Assembly (NCBI GenBank): GCA_964035545.1
Contig: OZ037770.1
Span: 8,376,973 to 8,440,972 of the forward strand
Length of the DNA stretch: 64,000 nt
Direction of reading: 5' to 3'
From: Bugula neritina
Taxonomy: Eukaryota > Animalia > Bryozoa
A model generated the notes under the pieces. The model did no database searches. It was not told the DNA's origin and was given only the letters and a program-made list of their open reading frames with translations. The stretch's first letter is position 1, and each line of letters begins with the position of its first letter. Positions 1 through 13,744 of the stretch are shown one piece after another. The position numbers and the translations under genes were made by a program.

Positions 1-101
1 CATGCTTAGAAAAACACAATATTATGTGTGTTTGACCTAAATGGCCATTTATTAGGCAAGATAGAGCAATCCTTTAAGTCAAAGAAGGTTATAGAACATA
101 C

Positions 102-386
102 CCATAGTTAGTTCAGTACTATTCTCTAATGTGGAAGGTACATTATTACTGAGTACAGTTACAGTAAATATGTATGTTTCTCCAGGAGTCAAGTTATTTA
201 TAGTAACAGAACTACCACTTCCACGAGGTACATCTTCCACAGAAGGAGGGGAACATGGAGAGTTACATTTAACTTCTACTCTTACAGAATCCCACACAGT
301 GCTAGGATTACTCCATGTTATAATAGCAGTGTTTGTACTACCAAGTGGGGATAACTCTGCTGTTACATTAGTCACAGGGGAAGGTG
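102..386 (-). CDS. FN3 type-A exon (phase 1-1, 285 nt) of the - strand paralog
   Basis: APSPVTNVTAELSPLGSTNTAIITWSNPSTVWDSVRVEVKC...LTPGETYIFTVTVLSNNVPS; acceptor cctgtag, donor gtatgt. Confidence 0.88.
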
Positions 387-3300
387 CTACAGGGGAAAGA
401 GAATACAACACACTAACTACAAGCTATAAACACAGCACTACAATACAAACATGTTAGAGTGTTGGCAGTTAGAAGAAGCTCGAGTGTACATTATATAAAG
501 CCTAGCATAAACTTGCATTCACGCAATGTTTATAGTCGCCGTTCCTGTTGGAAATTTTTGATAAAAAGGTGTTCAGTATGTGTAGGGCAACATGACGCGT
601 TTTACTTGTCCGCGAATACGCGCTAGTGACCTGCCACACACAGTGCATGTGTTGCCAGTGCAAAAATCTATTAGCCGATGATGTTACTTACTTTACTGCT
701 CGCCTACAGGTGTTTGTTTTTAAAACTACGTCATCGGCAAAGTGATTTGGATATTATAAAAGCGGAAATGCAAACTATATAAAACTGTTTTAATTCAGCT
801 CGCTAGAAGTTTAATTGTAAATTAAAATGAAAAAGTGTGCTTGCTAAATATTACATGGTAATAAGCATATTAGATGAAACACGCACAATCGTGCCGCTGA
901 GCTCGCTCAGCATGCTAGACGCATGAAAATCCCGCTCATGACGTCCAATTTTTGGGCTAAACGTGATTTCTCGCACGCCATGCGCGTGTTAAACACGTCG
1001 TGTGGCCTTACACTAAATCAGGCTAAGTACTTATTCAGACCGGGCACAGAAGCAATTATGACTGGATGCTCTTCCTAACATCACCAATGACTTCATATAT
1101 ACTAAGCAAACGTTCTAACCCTTAGACCACCGTTGCTACTCAGAATAAGCTTGCACAATAAAATAATATAATCTTAAATGGGCTGAAATACTAGGCTGTA
1201 ATATTCCCATAAAAACCACATAGTGTTAGACTCTAAAATGGAGTAAGACAACAAGAAACGTTAAAATTAATTGCGAGCATTTGCCTTATTTTACCATTCA
1301 AAAATTTAGCTGCAGTAAAGGAGAAACTTCAATAGCCCGAATTCTTTAACTATCTTTTTGCACAGAGTACGAGCTAAAATCTCAAAAATCACAGTTTACT
1401 TTGTTCAAAACATGAGCTTTGCACAATTTTGTTCAATCATTTACCTACGTAATTTGGTCACACCAGCTCAACCTTTTTTAGCAGTCACTGTGAACCAAAG
1501 TTAGAATAACTGAAAAGAAAGGAGACAGCAGGGTGAGATGTAAATACTAATCTTGAAAACACCCAGCACATTTTATGGGCAGTGAGTGATCTATTACAGG
1601 GTATGAATTTCAACTTTCCTTTTTCACCTAATTCAAGTTCATTGTACACTAAGCTAGTAACTAAAAAAGAACAAAGGCCAAGGGTTAGGTTGAAAGAGGC
1701 TAAAGGACATACCTATAGTTAGCTCAGTACTATTCTCTGGTGTGGAAGGTACATTATTACTGATTACAGTTACAGTAAATATGTACGTTTCTCCAGGAGT
1801 CAAGTTATTTATAGTAACAGAGCTACCACTTCCACGAGGTACATCTTCCACAGAAGGAGGAGGGGAACATGGAGAGCTACATTTAACTTCTACTCTTACA
1901 GAATCCCACACAGTGTTAGGATTACTCCATATTATAATAGCAGTGTTTGTACTACCAGGTGGGGATAACTCTGCTGTTACACTAGTCACAGGGGAAGGAG
2001 CTACAAAATGAGAAAAAACTCTCAACATGAATATTAGAGTCAAAAGCTATATTTGCAGTAAACTATAATATTCAGTTGTAATATCATCTTATAGAGCCAA
2101 ACAAAATGCTGTGTATTACACACAGAAAGTTACCTAATTTAACTGTGTCAAACTCCACCCATCCACTCCGTACAGAGCCAGAAGTAGTGTTCACATAGGC
2201 TTGTATAGACACATTATAAACCCTTCCTCTAGTAGCACCTTGCAGAGTGTAAGTTCTCACTCTGGTATCTGGAATATCTAGAGGGGAGTTCCTATCACCA
2301 CACAACCCTGTATAATATAGAAAATAATAGAGTTAAAAATGTAATACATTGCCAAATAAACACATACGGCCTGCAATGAAGAGAAACATGCATAGGAGAT
2401 TAGGAGTTATATTATCTGGAAACAGAAGTTGAATTTCTATATAATATACAAAAATAAACCCCAAATTAAAACTAAAATCTTATCTAAAATTGCACAAAAT
2501 ACTGGATGTGATGATTGAATGCTGATTCTACATAGGAAATAACTGACCTAAGTTAAAGTGTTATTAACACAAGCAGGTAGAGTAATCTAGTAATAAACTA
2601 GTGATGTCATATCCTGTATATATGAACACTACCCTAGACACTGATCATTGGTCTTGACATCCACTAAGTTTAAACACAAATCAAGAAATTATCTCCAATG
2701 CTATTTATATGTTTAAGCCCATTTCCAGGACTTGCATTGTTTATCTTATTGCAGGAAATAAACTGGGCACCTCTTTCCTTTCTTATTGATCATATGCTAT
2801 AGCCTACATGCTATTTTATAAATGATTGATCATATTATTTACCAATTTTTGGAGACATTTAATATTTTTAAGTTTTGGTTTGGTTGGGGCTACACTTGAA
2901 CTATAAAGTCTCCCAGATTTAATAGGAAAAACTAAATCTACAGGAATCACTTTCGATAGCTTCAATCACATTCTCATAAAAACTTTCAACTTTTTAACCA
3001 CTTACTATAACTATATTAGATATTGTCAGTTCAGTATTGAGTATTGAATGTGGGTGTTTTAAAATATGTGGGTATTGAGATTACAAATACATTCTTATTT
3101 TATTAGACTACATTGCTATTTTATTTTATGTCATTATAAAAATATATTTACTTTTAATTTAAAATTCTTTCTGCTACTTAGACTTTAATTAAGAATATTT
3201 TATCAGGTAAAGAGGCTGGCACTAAAACCTTAATAAACCCACTACAAAATTGGGCAACTTAACAAAGAAACAGATGGAGAGTTATCTTCCCTACAGAAGC

Positions 3301-6300
3301 ATGTCTAAAGTGTTACAACTATGCCAACTGAATACTTTACTTATCAGAGAATCAATATCACTGCATTTCCATTGCTTCAATTGGATCCATACAAATGCTA
3401 CCATGGCTGGAGTCGTGGTTGCATTTTGCAATAACTTATGTTTTTGGTTTCATTAGATACAACTGTTCCCAAATATTAAATGAAAAATCTATTAGAATAA
3501 TAGAGAGAGACGCAATAGAGACGCAGTTTATATGTAGTCTGCAGTGTTTATATATACAGTAAAATAATAATAATGATTAGTATCATTGGCAAGTTGCATG
3601 CAAAGCTTACTTGAGGTCACTTCTCATTAGCCCAAGTTTCTAGCATTAGTTTGAGTACTAAACTAATGGACAGGGGAATATACAAACTTTCATTCACTAA
3701 ACCCTGAGAGATAATATGAACCCCTTCCTAGTTATTAACATCTGATGAAAGTGTAGACAATAAATAAGCTTACCTACAGCTGGGATACAGCTTAATCTGA
3801 ATCCACTGACAACATGTGTATCGTCATATGTCCATTCTAGATTGATGTTCGTACCTGAGAGGTTTGCTCTGGTTGGAACTACATCTGCAGGAACTGTTGG
3901 AGCGGCGAAAAAAAGTATTATAAATCTATAATTGATATTTTTCTATTATAAATCCTTAAATGGAACATTACAATGTACTATTTGGTAATATAAAAAGCTC
4001 AATATTTTTATATCCTTTTATGTAGTATAAGTGCAATTATAATTTGTGATAAATAAAACAGAAAGAGGCACATACCCATAGTTAGCTCAGTACTATTCTC
4101 TGATGTGGAAGGTACATTATTACTGATTACAGTTACAGTAAATATGTACGTTTCTCCAGGAGTCAAATTATTTATAGTAATGGAACTACCACTTCCATGA
4201 GGTACATCTTCCACAGAAGGAGGGGAACATGGAGAGCTACATTTAACTTCTACTCTTACAGAATCCCACACAGTGTTAGGAATACTCCATGTTATATTAG
4301 CAGTGTTTGTACTATCAGGTGGGGAAAACTCTGCTGTTACATTAGTCACAGGGGAAGGAGCTACAGAGGAAATGGAGAACACACCCTAACTGATAGGAAT
4401 ACAAACACCACAGAAAAGGGTCAGCAGGCACACACCAGTTAGCAAATCATTATATGATTATAAATAAGCATGAAATAATGTTTTGGGTCCCTCACCATTA
4501 CAAAAAAGAGCCTGATAGTATATAATTTTGAACTGTTCAGGTGAATTTATCTTCTATATTTGCTACATTCAACGCTACGCTATGCTACACTATTACTGCT
4601 TCAAAGCATGGCATAGAAGGCGAGTTCGCTGGCGGCTTGAGAGCAGGCACCTTTATTTAGATCTTTTTAGTATTTTTGTACTAATAGTATAAAAAGCTGA
4701 TACAGCAGCCGGAGACTCGGTAAATGTTTTTCAAAATACATGTGGTTCCTATCACCTTTACCACTCACAACCGATTTAATGTAACAAAAAGGCCATCACT
4801 TGTTATCAATTTAATGCCAGATAGAGTGGTGGTAAAGATTAGATAAATAAAAGTGACCTAACATTATGTAGCTGACATATGGTCAGATGAAGAGTTATTC
4901 CACAAGAGGAGATAATTTCAGTTTTTTAACTCATATTAGCAACGGTTATAAAAATTATTATTATATTTTACACCACTACATCAAGCAATGTGCAACTGTA
5001 AATACCAAAGAAGTGTGAATTAAACAAACCACAATCAAGGCAAGAATTGATGCAATGTCTAAGAAAGTCAACGGATGTATTTAAACAAACTTTAATTGCT
5101 TTAGTGAAATTAATTGATATAGGTAATATATTGTATGCCATTAAAATGAGCAGAAGTTTACCAAGTGTAACAAGTACGCAAAAAGGAAACAACACCGAAA
5201 CGGAATTCAAGCAGCACCAGTGAAGCAGCAACGCTGTAACGGTTGCTTATAAGTTGTGTAAGTCAAGTTTATATTCATGAGAAAAAAATTTCAAACCGAA
5301 TGTGTTGCTGCCAAATGAGTAAGGTGCCCTCTGTATGACGCATGTGCTACGTTGCTATTTATAACATACAGTTATGTTGGTATCATGTAACACACCTGCA
5401 GTGAATGTCACATAATTACTTTCCACGCCATCATCTCCTAAGGTAGAGTTCATATAGTTGAATGACAGAACCCTGACAGTGTACTCAGCTCCAGGTGTGG
5501 GCAGGGAGATAGTTTGAGGAGAATTCTGAGTTCTTGTATCAAGACTGTCTTTATACATATCTGAGGTTCCGTTGCTATACTGAACCTGTAAAAAGGAAAG
5601 GGGGGCATATATTCTGATATAAACGCATTAGGAGAACACTATGCATTTTGAAAACCAAAGATGTTTTCAGCTGGTTATGCTATAATAATTAAACTTTCCA
5701 TCCATCAAGATAAATATCTTAGAAGAGAAGCATGTGTTAGACATAACCTCTGTACACATGGCCATACGATGTAGACATGGAGTTATGTTACTCACCATGT
5801 AGTAAACACCTGCTTCTGAAGTCCAAGATACAGTGATGGAGTCTGTTTGTGGGTTTGAGACACTTACACCAGTTGCAGCATCTACAAACAGAAATACTCT
5901 ACTATAAAGCTACAACTTTGCTAACCAATATGTTGGTGTTTTATGTACTTGTAACAGTATGAGTACATGTGTACTTGTAACAGTATGAGTTCATGCATAC
6001 TTGTAACAGTATGAGTACATGAGTATATACTGTAGGCTATTGTGCTATACACACAACATACCATACTACACTATACAATACAGTATATGCGATACTATAC
6101 TTTACTGTACTACACTGTACTGTGCTATACCATAAAGTTATGGCCTTGAAACTTGCAAGTGTGGACTTGCTTTCATATAGATATAATACTATCCCTAACT
6201 GCATTATACTTTATCACAATGTATTATACCACTTTATTGCAATATATTCTATTTTATTCTATTACACTATATATACTATGCCTAACTGCATTATACTCTA

Positions 6301-6995
6301 TCATAATATGTTACATGTATGCCATATCACAATATATTATACTAACTTGGCATCAAAAATACAGGTTACACTTATTTACATTGGAACACTCACTGGGTGG
6401 TGCCAAGGTAGTAGTGGTGGTGGTAGTGCTGGTTGACTGTGCGGATGATGAATAATTCAGAGTTACACACAGAACAATCTGTAAATATAACGCTCAACAT
6501 CTTTATATATTCATACACTATATTTTACTACATCTAAAAAAAGAAAACTAAAAAGAAGCATGTTAAGATAACTCTGAATAACATTCTATAACTCCTTTCA
6601 TCAAATAGCACTTTACAAAAGATATCAAAGTCTTAAACGCTAGTTAAATATATGATAGTTATATCTATATAATTGTATATGTCGGATATGTGTATAGGAA
6701 ATGCAGAAAATTCAAACCCTGAATTCAAATAGCTTTTTAGAGATGTTAGCCACATTCAACCCAGAAATTTCCTAATGCAGACAAACTTCAAATAATAACA
6801 CATTATGGAAACTATGCTTAACAATTGGTGTGATCTATAAAGAATACTCATATTAGTTACTAACATGCAAAATTACATGCAAGTTTCAAGTTTTACTAAA
6901 ACTAACTTTGCTAAAAAAACAACCCAGTATTACCATACCACAAGTGTGATGAGGGACTTTGATAGCTCCATATTAAACAGTCCTGTGTAATTCAT
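102..6995 (-). CDS. 5' portion (9 coding exons) of an FN3-repeat receptor gene, close paralog of the R3-type RPTP at 25379-53398; continues beyond the left window edge
   Basis: Exons with GT/AG and consistent phases: 6995-6939 (MNYTGLFNMELSKSLITLV), 6478-6394 (IVLCVTLNYSSSAQSTSTTTTTTTLAPP), 5881-5796 and 5585-5396 (FN3-1), 4360-4076 (FN3 type A), 3893-3774 and 2307-2134 (FN3 type B), 2000-1713 (type A), 386-102 (type A). Exon order, most exon sizes and intron flanks match the + strand gene. TM and PTP domains are not in the window. Confidence 0.88.
582..1012. mobile_element. Non-autonomous DNA transposon (MITE) with degenerate TIRs
   Basis: Left end gtagggcaacatgacgcgttttac vs reverse complement of right end gtaaggccacacgacgtgtttaac (19/24). 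The internal part (about 700-810) recurs inverted at about 35975-36095. Confidence 0.6.
1017..1140 (-). mobile_element. tRNA-derived SINE copy
   Basis: Reverse complement contains ggtgatgttaggaagagcatccagtcataattgc, shared with copies at 45118 and 53035. Confidence 0.75.
1713..2000 (-). CDS. FN3 type-A exon (phase 1-1, 288 nt) of the - strand paralog
   Basis: Core of ORF 1654-2043; acceptor ttttgtag, donor gtatgt. Confidence 0.88.
2134..3893 (-). CDS. FN3 type-B domain split over two exons (3893-3774, 2307-2134)
   Basis: VPADVVPTRANLSGTNINLEWTYDDTHVVSGFRLSCIPAV then GLCGDRNSPLDIPDTRVRTYTLQGATRGRVYNVSIQAYV...; homologous to + strand exons 29952/30472 and 38299/38787. Confidence 0.85.
4076..4360 (-). 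CDS. FN3 type-A exon (phase 1-1, 285 nt) of the - strand paralog
   Basis: Core of ORF 4008-4382; intron flanks match + strand exon 29503-29784. Confidence 0.88.
5396..5881 (-). CDS. First FN3 domain, two exons (5881-5796, 5585-5396)
   Basis: Same 86 + 190 nt exon sizes as + strand 28389-28474 and 28686-28875; LPTPGAEYTVRVLSF motif. Confidence 0.87.
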
Positions 6996-7022
6996 ACTAG
7001 TACTTCACCATAGTCAGTCACT

Positions 7023-7140
7023 CTAAAGAATAGAAATGTCAACATACAATGTTATCTTTACTCTCAACATTTACTGACTCTCCCAACAAGAAGGAAGTTG
7101 CTGTTTAGCAGCTTAGCCACTAGCTGAATATCAGCCAATC
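7023..7140 (-). promoter_or_regulatory. Putative core promoter, short 5'UTR exon and 56-nt intron of the - strand paralog
   Basis: CCAAT at 7135-7140, ETS-like GGAAGT at 7093-7098, donor gtcagt at 7078-7073 and acceptor at 7024-7023; all conserved with 25234-25351. Confidence 0.55.
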
Positions 7141-7220
7141 ACATCTTATCACTTAAAATAAAAATGCAATATGCAAACAAATGCCTATATAGTACAGTTA
7201 CATCATGTATGACTTCTGTA

Positions 7221-8190
7221 ATATTTGTGACCTCAGGTATATGACTTATTATATTTGTGACCTCAGGTATATGACTTATTATATTTGTGACCTCAGGTAT
7301 ATGACTTGTTATATTTGTGACCTCAGGTATATGACTTAGTATATTTGTGACCTCAGGTATATGACTTAGTATATTTGTGACCTCATGTATATGACTTATT
7401 ATATTTGTGACTTCAGGTATATGACTTGTTATATTTGTGATCTCAGGTATATGACTTGTTATATTTGTGACCTCAGGTATATGACTTATTATATTTGTGA
7501 CCTCAGGTATATGACTTATTATATTCATGACTTCAGGTATATGACTTGTTATATTTGTGACCTCAGGTATATGACTTATTATATTTGTGACTTCAGGTAT
7601 ATGACTTGTTATATTTGTGATCTCAGGTATATGACTTGTTATATTTGTGACCTCAGGTGTATGACTTATTATATTTGTGACCTCAGGTATATGACTTATT
7701 TTATCTGTGACTTCAGGTATATGACTTATTATATTTGTGACTTCAGGTATATGACTTATTATATTTGTGACCTCAGGTATATGACTTATTATATTCGTGA
7801 CTTCAGGTATATGACTTGTTATATTTGTGACCTCAGGTATATGACTTATTATATTTGTGACTTCAGGTATATGACTTGTTATATTTGTGATCTCAGGTAT
7901 ATGACTTGTTATATTTGTGACCTCAGGTGTATGACTTATTATATTTGTGACCTCAGGTATATGACTTATTATATCTGTGACTTCAGGTATATGACTTATT
8001 ATATTTGTGACTTCAGGTATATGACTTGTTATATTTGTGATCTCAGGTATATGACTTGTTATATTTGTGACCTCAGGTGTATGACTTATTATATTTGTGA
8101 CCTTAGGTGTATGACTTATTATATTTGTGACCTCAGGTATATGACTTAGTATATTTGTGACCTCAGGTATATGACTTAGTATATTTGTGA
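7221..8190. repeat. 30-bp minisatellite, about 32 copies (atatttgtgacctcaggtatatgacttatt)
   Basis: Directly visible; produces the repetitive ORFs 7139-8248 (-) and 7385-8149 (+). Confidence 0.97.
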
Positions 8191-9622
8191 GGAATGTGAA
8201 ACTGAATGTTGAAAGTAAAATAGAACAACTCCTCATTGTAGAAAACATTTTGAAACTTTTGTTCTATTCTTGTACTTAGTGATCTCCTAATGTAGTAATA
8301 AATAGCTTATATGTTAAATGTTTGCACTGTTTACTGCCCACTTTAGAAGAGACGTCAAAATCATTACATATATGTGTATTTACAGCTTCTCGGTAGTTCA
8401 TGAATTGGATTTACTGTCTCTTGGTTTTCTGTAGACGCCAGGACAATGGCTGAAATTAGTAAATAGACTACTTAAACTTTGTTCACATAAACCCTGGTTT
8501 TAGCAATTGTACTATAGACTTATCTTAAAACACTGACCAGCTTAAATGATATTTAATAATAGCTTATAAAAATCTGATCCAAATGAAAAACATGAATTTG
8601 TGTTTTATAAGAAACTATTCAATTGGCACCAAGAGCAAGTTAAAATATTTTAACTGTCATTAGCTTAAGCATAAATTCGTCAGTAGTCAGTCAAGTCAGT
8701 AGATGAACCTCACAATAACCCCAAGTAAGGCCATGGCTTGTCTAGTTGTAATTATGTCATAAAGCAAACTCTCAGGCCATATAGTTGGTATCGTTTCTTT
8801 TTTATTTGATTCACTCAATTTTGAAGGAATCCATAAATGAGTTTCAACACAATTATATTTGCTGCTTTGCCCCCTTAAAAACATTCAATTCAATGCCTAG
8901 CAGTCGTAGCTTACAAGGTACATGTTTTATATGATATTGTTCATAATCTTTAAATAATTTACATATAAATGTTGGTGGAGACTAAAGTCTAACAATCAAA
9001 AGTTGTATAACATTTATAGAAAAGCAGCTGCAGTTTACGGAGTTGATATAAATACAGGTCATCTTTATTCCAGATAAAACAACAGTTTGAATTTTAGAAC
9101 AGTGATGAAAGATGACAGAAAATTTCATGTTTACAATCAACAGAAATTAGATACACATAAAATATGCACACATTTTATATAACAAATTAAAAATTTTAGT
9201 ATAACATACTATATAGTAATATAACATGCAGTAATAAAACGTACAATAATATAATATATAGTAACATAGCTCGCAGCATTTTAATATACCTATTGTAGCA
9301 AACAGTAATATAAAACAAAGTAATATAAACTACAGTAGCAACCATTTACAGAATAGTGGGTGTTGAGAATAACATCATAAATAGCAAAAAAACTTAAAAT
9401 TCAAATGACCGAAAATAAGCTGAAGTTCAATACACAGGTTTGAGTACCAATAATTTACATTTTAAACTCTTTTGACCGAAATATACTGAAGGAAAAATAA
9501 TCTATTCAAGTCTGCTGCTCTCTCATTGAATTTTTTACAGATTCCTGGGTTATTTGGTGTGTTGATAATAGTTGCTGCTGAATACTTATTTAAAAATTTT
9601 TGGGTCGAGTTATGCTAGTATC

Positions 9623-9706
9623 TACTGTTATGTGAATAAGAGTAAGTACTGTTATGTGAATAAGAGTAAGTATTGCTATATGAATAAGAGTAAGTACTGT
9701 TATGTG
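9623..9706. repeat. 24-bp tandem repeat, about 3.5 copies (tactgttatgtgaataagagtaag)
   Basis: Directly visible. Confidence 0.85.
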
Positions 9707-10474
9707 TGTATATAGCAGTATACGATACCACATACAGCAATTCAATGCCATGCAAGTGCTCTTCACTATTTTAATATACTGATTAGAAGGGGTTAAGATT
9801 TCACCGCCCCAACAACTTTCATTATTTCATACTACTGGATACAGAATACAAGACTACAAAGACTAAATATTGAATAATATATTACTATACTACTTATCAA
9901 CAGACACCGTGACTAGAGCGACTGCTAGACATGTCACAAGTACCTGACAAGCACCTTAGAGTCACTTGCTGATATCTTGTGATCCCAGCATGTAGAGAGG
10001 CAATCCAATCAGAATGAAGGACAGAGAGATGACAAAGTACAAGGTTATCTGAAGGTCAAACAGAGCCATCGACATCAGAGTACTGACCATGATGGAGACA
10101 CAAGTGAGCACTAGTTTGGTTATATTGCTGCTGTGTTTCATTATAATTGATACACAGAATCCTTGCAGGGCCTGAAATACAGCATTACATGTGTGTCACA
10201 TTTATAAGTACATGAACTGGCAGATACTGCATCAAAGACTATCAAAGAGAATAAACTCACAGTGGTAAATACTATAGTCCAAGAGTAGATGTTGAAACCC
10301 TGGAAAAGAGAGAAACTGTTGGTTGAGTTTATAGATTGACGGCCATCTTGCATCTTCCACAGAACTGCGAGGGTGTTAAATGAAACACCTGAAGAGTAGA
10401 GGTACATGCTCTGTTTGTGTACGGATACCTGAAATAGATGTAACATGAATGAAACAACTAAAATTAGCAGTACC

Positions 10475-10524
<50 letters not shown>

Positions 10525-10566
10525 CAGTAGTAGTAGTAGTAGTAGTGGTAGTAGCAACTACAGTAG
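10475..10566. repeat. (AGT)n microsatellite
   Basis: Directly visible; explains the poly-L/T/S/V ORFs. Confidence 0.95.
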
Positions 10567-12974
10567 AGATATATGCCAGTTTGACAATTCCAGAAAGAAA
10601 AGTGCCCCAGCTATTCTCAATATTTATTTTCAAAATTGCATATCAGAAACGAATAAATAGACTACAAAAAATGTACAGGTTAAAACACAATAACTGCGGT
10701 GAGAACATACAAAGACAAATGTTACAATTTACAGTTGGTAAGGCATTCTGAGACTCACAATACCAGCATTATAGTATGGTGCATGAATAAGATATGAAGA
10801 AGAAACAAGCAGAAGAACAAAAACAGCCAAGACTAGATAGCCTATAAACTTAAAAGACCTTATTGCTCCTTCCTCTGAGCCCAATCATAAAATTCTAGAT
10901 CATAAAAATGTATATAGGCTAAAAATATAGGTAGCTTGACTACGGCGCATAATCAACATCTTGCATTATGTCAAAATCACCAGGGTAATCACAGCGTTAG
11001 CAAGTAGTCCATGGCCAGAAAACATGTTAAAGCTTACTAAATTACAGAAAGCTCTTCATTTTTTATAAAAATGTCTATGTTATATTTCGCAGAGGCAAAA
11101 AAACGATTTCAAGGTAAAGAACCTTGCACTATAGGACAGCCAATCATGTTGAATGATGGGCAATAAACTGAATATTCACAAGCATATGTAATGAACAGGT
11201 GGAGATAACTTTTATCAGTTTATATAAATAACACAACACCACAACTTATTAGAGAGACAACTACCAAATACACGTCATTTCGAGCTCAAACAGAAAATTA
11301 AAACAATGAGGGCTGAAAGCAGAGAAAAGCTATTATACATATTTACAGGTAAAATGATTCAGATCAGATTAAAGATTATAAAAACTAATTATTCAAAATT
11401 ATAAAAACAATTAACCAGTAGGCCTACCTAAGCTGTTGGCACAAAATCAAGATATTTTCTTGTATATCAACCCCTTCGGTCCTTCATATTCGTCAGTTTG
11501 TCTTCTTTGTCTCGAAACAGGCATCTCTGTGTCTAATGTGACAGAATTATTTGTTATATTCCCTCATCTTAGGCTATTCATCCTGACTTTAAATTAAATT
11601 ACAAACTTACAGACACCGGCATCACAAATATTTCTCACTGAAACTGCAGCAGCTTCTAAAATTAACTGATGTTTAGTAACTTTTGCCTTCAACTGATTTA
11701 TTGAAAAGAGACAAGACAGAGTAAATTGACCTCTGTGAAATTTACTGCAGGATTGTAAAAATTTAAATAAAAAACATTGCTCTTGTACAAAATGAATCTT
11801 CAATATTTTTATAATTATAACTTCATAGGCTTGTAAAAGATTATCATAGTCTAAAAATCTGAAACCTACAAGGTTAGGTAAACTTGTATCACTGCGCTTT
11901 CATTACTTTGCATTATCCGAATTGATTTTTCATTTGATGTTAGGAAACAGTTGCATCGAATGAAACCACAACATAAGTTAATGCAATTTGCAACTACAAA
12001 TCCATCCGTACAGATCCATTTGATCCAATAGAAACGTAGTATTACACTTCAATCCTTGTGGGTATTGTATTATGCTTCAATAATATAACTAACAAAACTA
12101 CTAGATTCAAATTTACTGAAACAATCTTTAAATGAAGCAAGTAGTGAAATCTTACTTTTAATGTTCAATGGGAGAGTCTATTGGCATACTATAATTTAAG
12201 ATATCTATTCTCACCATTTTTATTTTATTCTGTGCAAGTAATGGGTTCTGCATAGCAGCCAGCTCAATCAGCATCTCCGTTTTACTCTGCAATCAAAGTA
12301 TTTATATAAATGAAAATAATACATTTAGTTTTGTTGCACTTAGAAAGAAGATGTGATGCATAGAAAATTTCAACGCACATATAAAATAGTTTTATTTCAT
12401 TATTAGATTAAATAATGATTACAAAACACGTTCTAGAGGCCGATGGCACAATAAAACGGTTAGAAATACTACTTGCAATAATAAGAGTAATTAAAATTAA
12501 AATATAATAGTAACTAAAATATTCACAAGGCACTAAAGAAGACAACTTGTAAAATGTCAACCCATCATTTGTTTATCACTAAAACTATGTATAGTAGCAG
12601 ACATGCGAATGAACTCTTTTATTCAGGAGATGTTGTTGAGAAATGGAAAAAGGCAAGAAATCAAAGGAGACTAAAGATTATACGATGGGCAGAGCAATAC
12701 TGATACAGAATAAAGAAGAAAAGTACTGGCCTAGCATTATGTTTGAATAATTAAAGAAATAATGTGAAATGAAAAATATCTTTCAATTCTAAATGTGAAC
12801 GAACAAACATAGCTTAGAAGAAATGTTATTAAATGTTATTAGACCTAGCATGTGGTCTTGTGACATTGAGAGATAAAATATATAAGTAAAAGCATTGTTA
12901 ATAAATATGAAGATTTCCAAGAAAGTATTGATCTTATGCTTCGATACCCCTAAAACCCCCTTATACTTATGAAA

Positions 12975-13744
12975 CGGGGATGGGCAAATATTTTTGAAAT
13001 TGGGCCAGATCTCAAGATTTAATGCGTAAGGTACAATGATGCATTTCCAATTGCAAATATAATTTCTTCTTTTAGTTTCCTAGGCTAAAAGTATAAATTG
13101 CAGATTGTAGATGCAGAATACAAAAGCTGACAGTTTATTAATTTAACAAGTTGTGTATAGTTCACTAAGCAAGAAAGCAGCAAATAATTTATAGGGTCTA
13201 CTTTAATTAGTGAGAAGTATGAAAAACACTTTTAGTAGCCATAATAGCACTAATGTCACTGCTAGTAATGGGTTCACATGTAGCTACTTAAAGCAAATCT
13301 TGCAAGATGCTCATTGGTGAGCTAGCTGTGTTCTATTACTATTTTTATATGGTTCATGCAAGAAAACATGCATTCACATTTATAAACATAACCAGATATG
13401 CTCAGTACACTTAGTCCCAGTTTAGCTAGTGCAGAGTCTTTTTCACTGGTAACTGGTGAAGTGTAGAAGCTCACTGTTGTTGTTGCAGCAACATCACATA
13501 ACCCAAGTTGTAATGCTGTTATACTCATGCTCACTGAAGCTTGATTATTAGTTTCAGCAATTATAAATTGGGCAGAATTTTTTCATAAGTCATGTTCATG
13601 ATTGGCCAGTGTTGCTTAGTACACACATTTTGGGAATGATTAAGAAACCAATAAAATTATTAGAATTGCTAGTGATTGGCTGGGGGCCTGATTAAAACAG
13701 TAGGAAGGCCTGATGTGGCCCGCGGCGCCATTTGCCTATCCCTG
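12975..13744. mobile_element. hAT-superfamily non-autonomous element (about 770 bp)
   Basis: TIRs cggggatgggcaaat / atttgcctatccctg (13/15). Flanking 8-mers ttatgaaa (12967-12974) and ttataaaa (13745-13752) form an 8-bp TSD with one mismatch. Subterminal ggcccgcgg/gggcc motifs are typical of hAT (Charlie-like) ends. Confidence 0.8.

Noticed and set aside
131-457. Antisense ORFs (MEGTLLL...) opposite FN3 type-A exons (also 1742, 29474, 33029, 36502, 37375)
   Set aside because: They are shadows of the FN3 exons and recur only because the exons are duplicated; no independent domain signal
7221-8190. Regular 30-bp array as a CRISPR array or repeat-protein gene
   Set aside because: No unique spacers and eukaryotic context; the open frames are explained by unit composition
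10141-10751. Poly-Leu/Thr/Ser/Val ORFs
   Set aside because: Translations of an (AGT)n microsatellite
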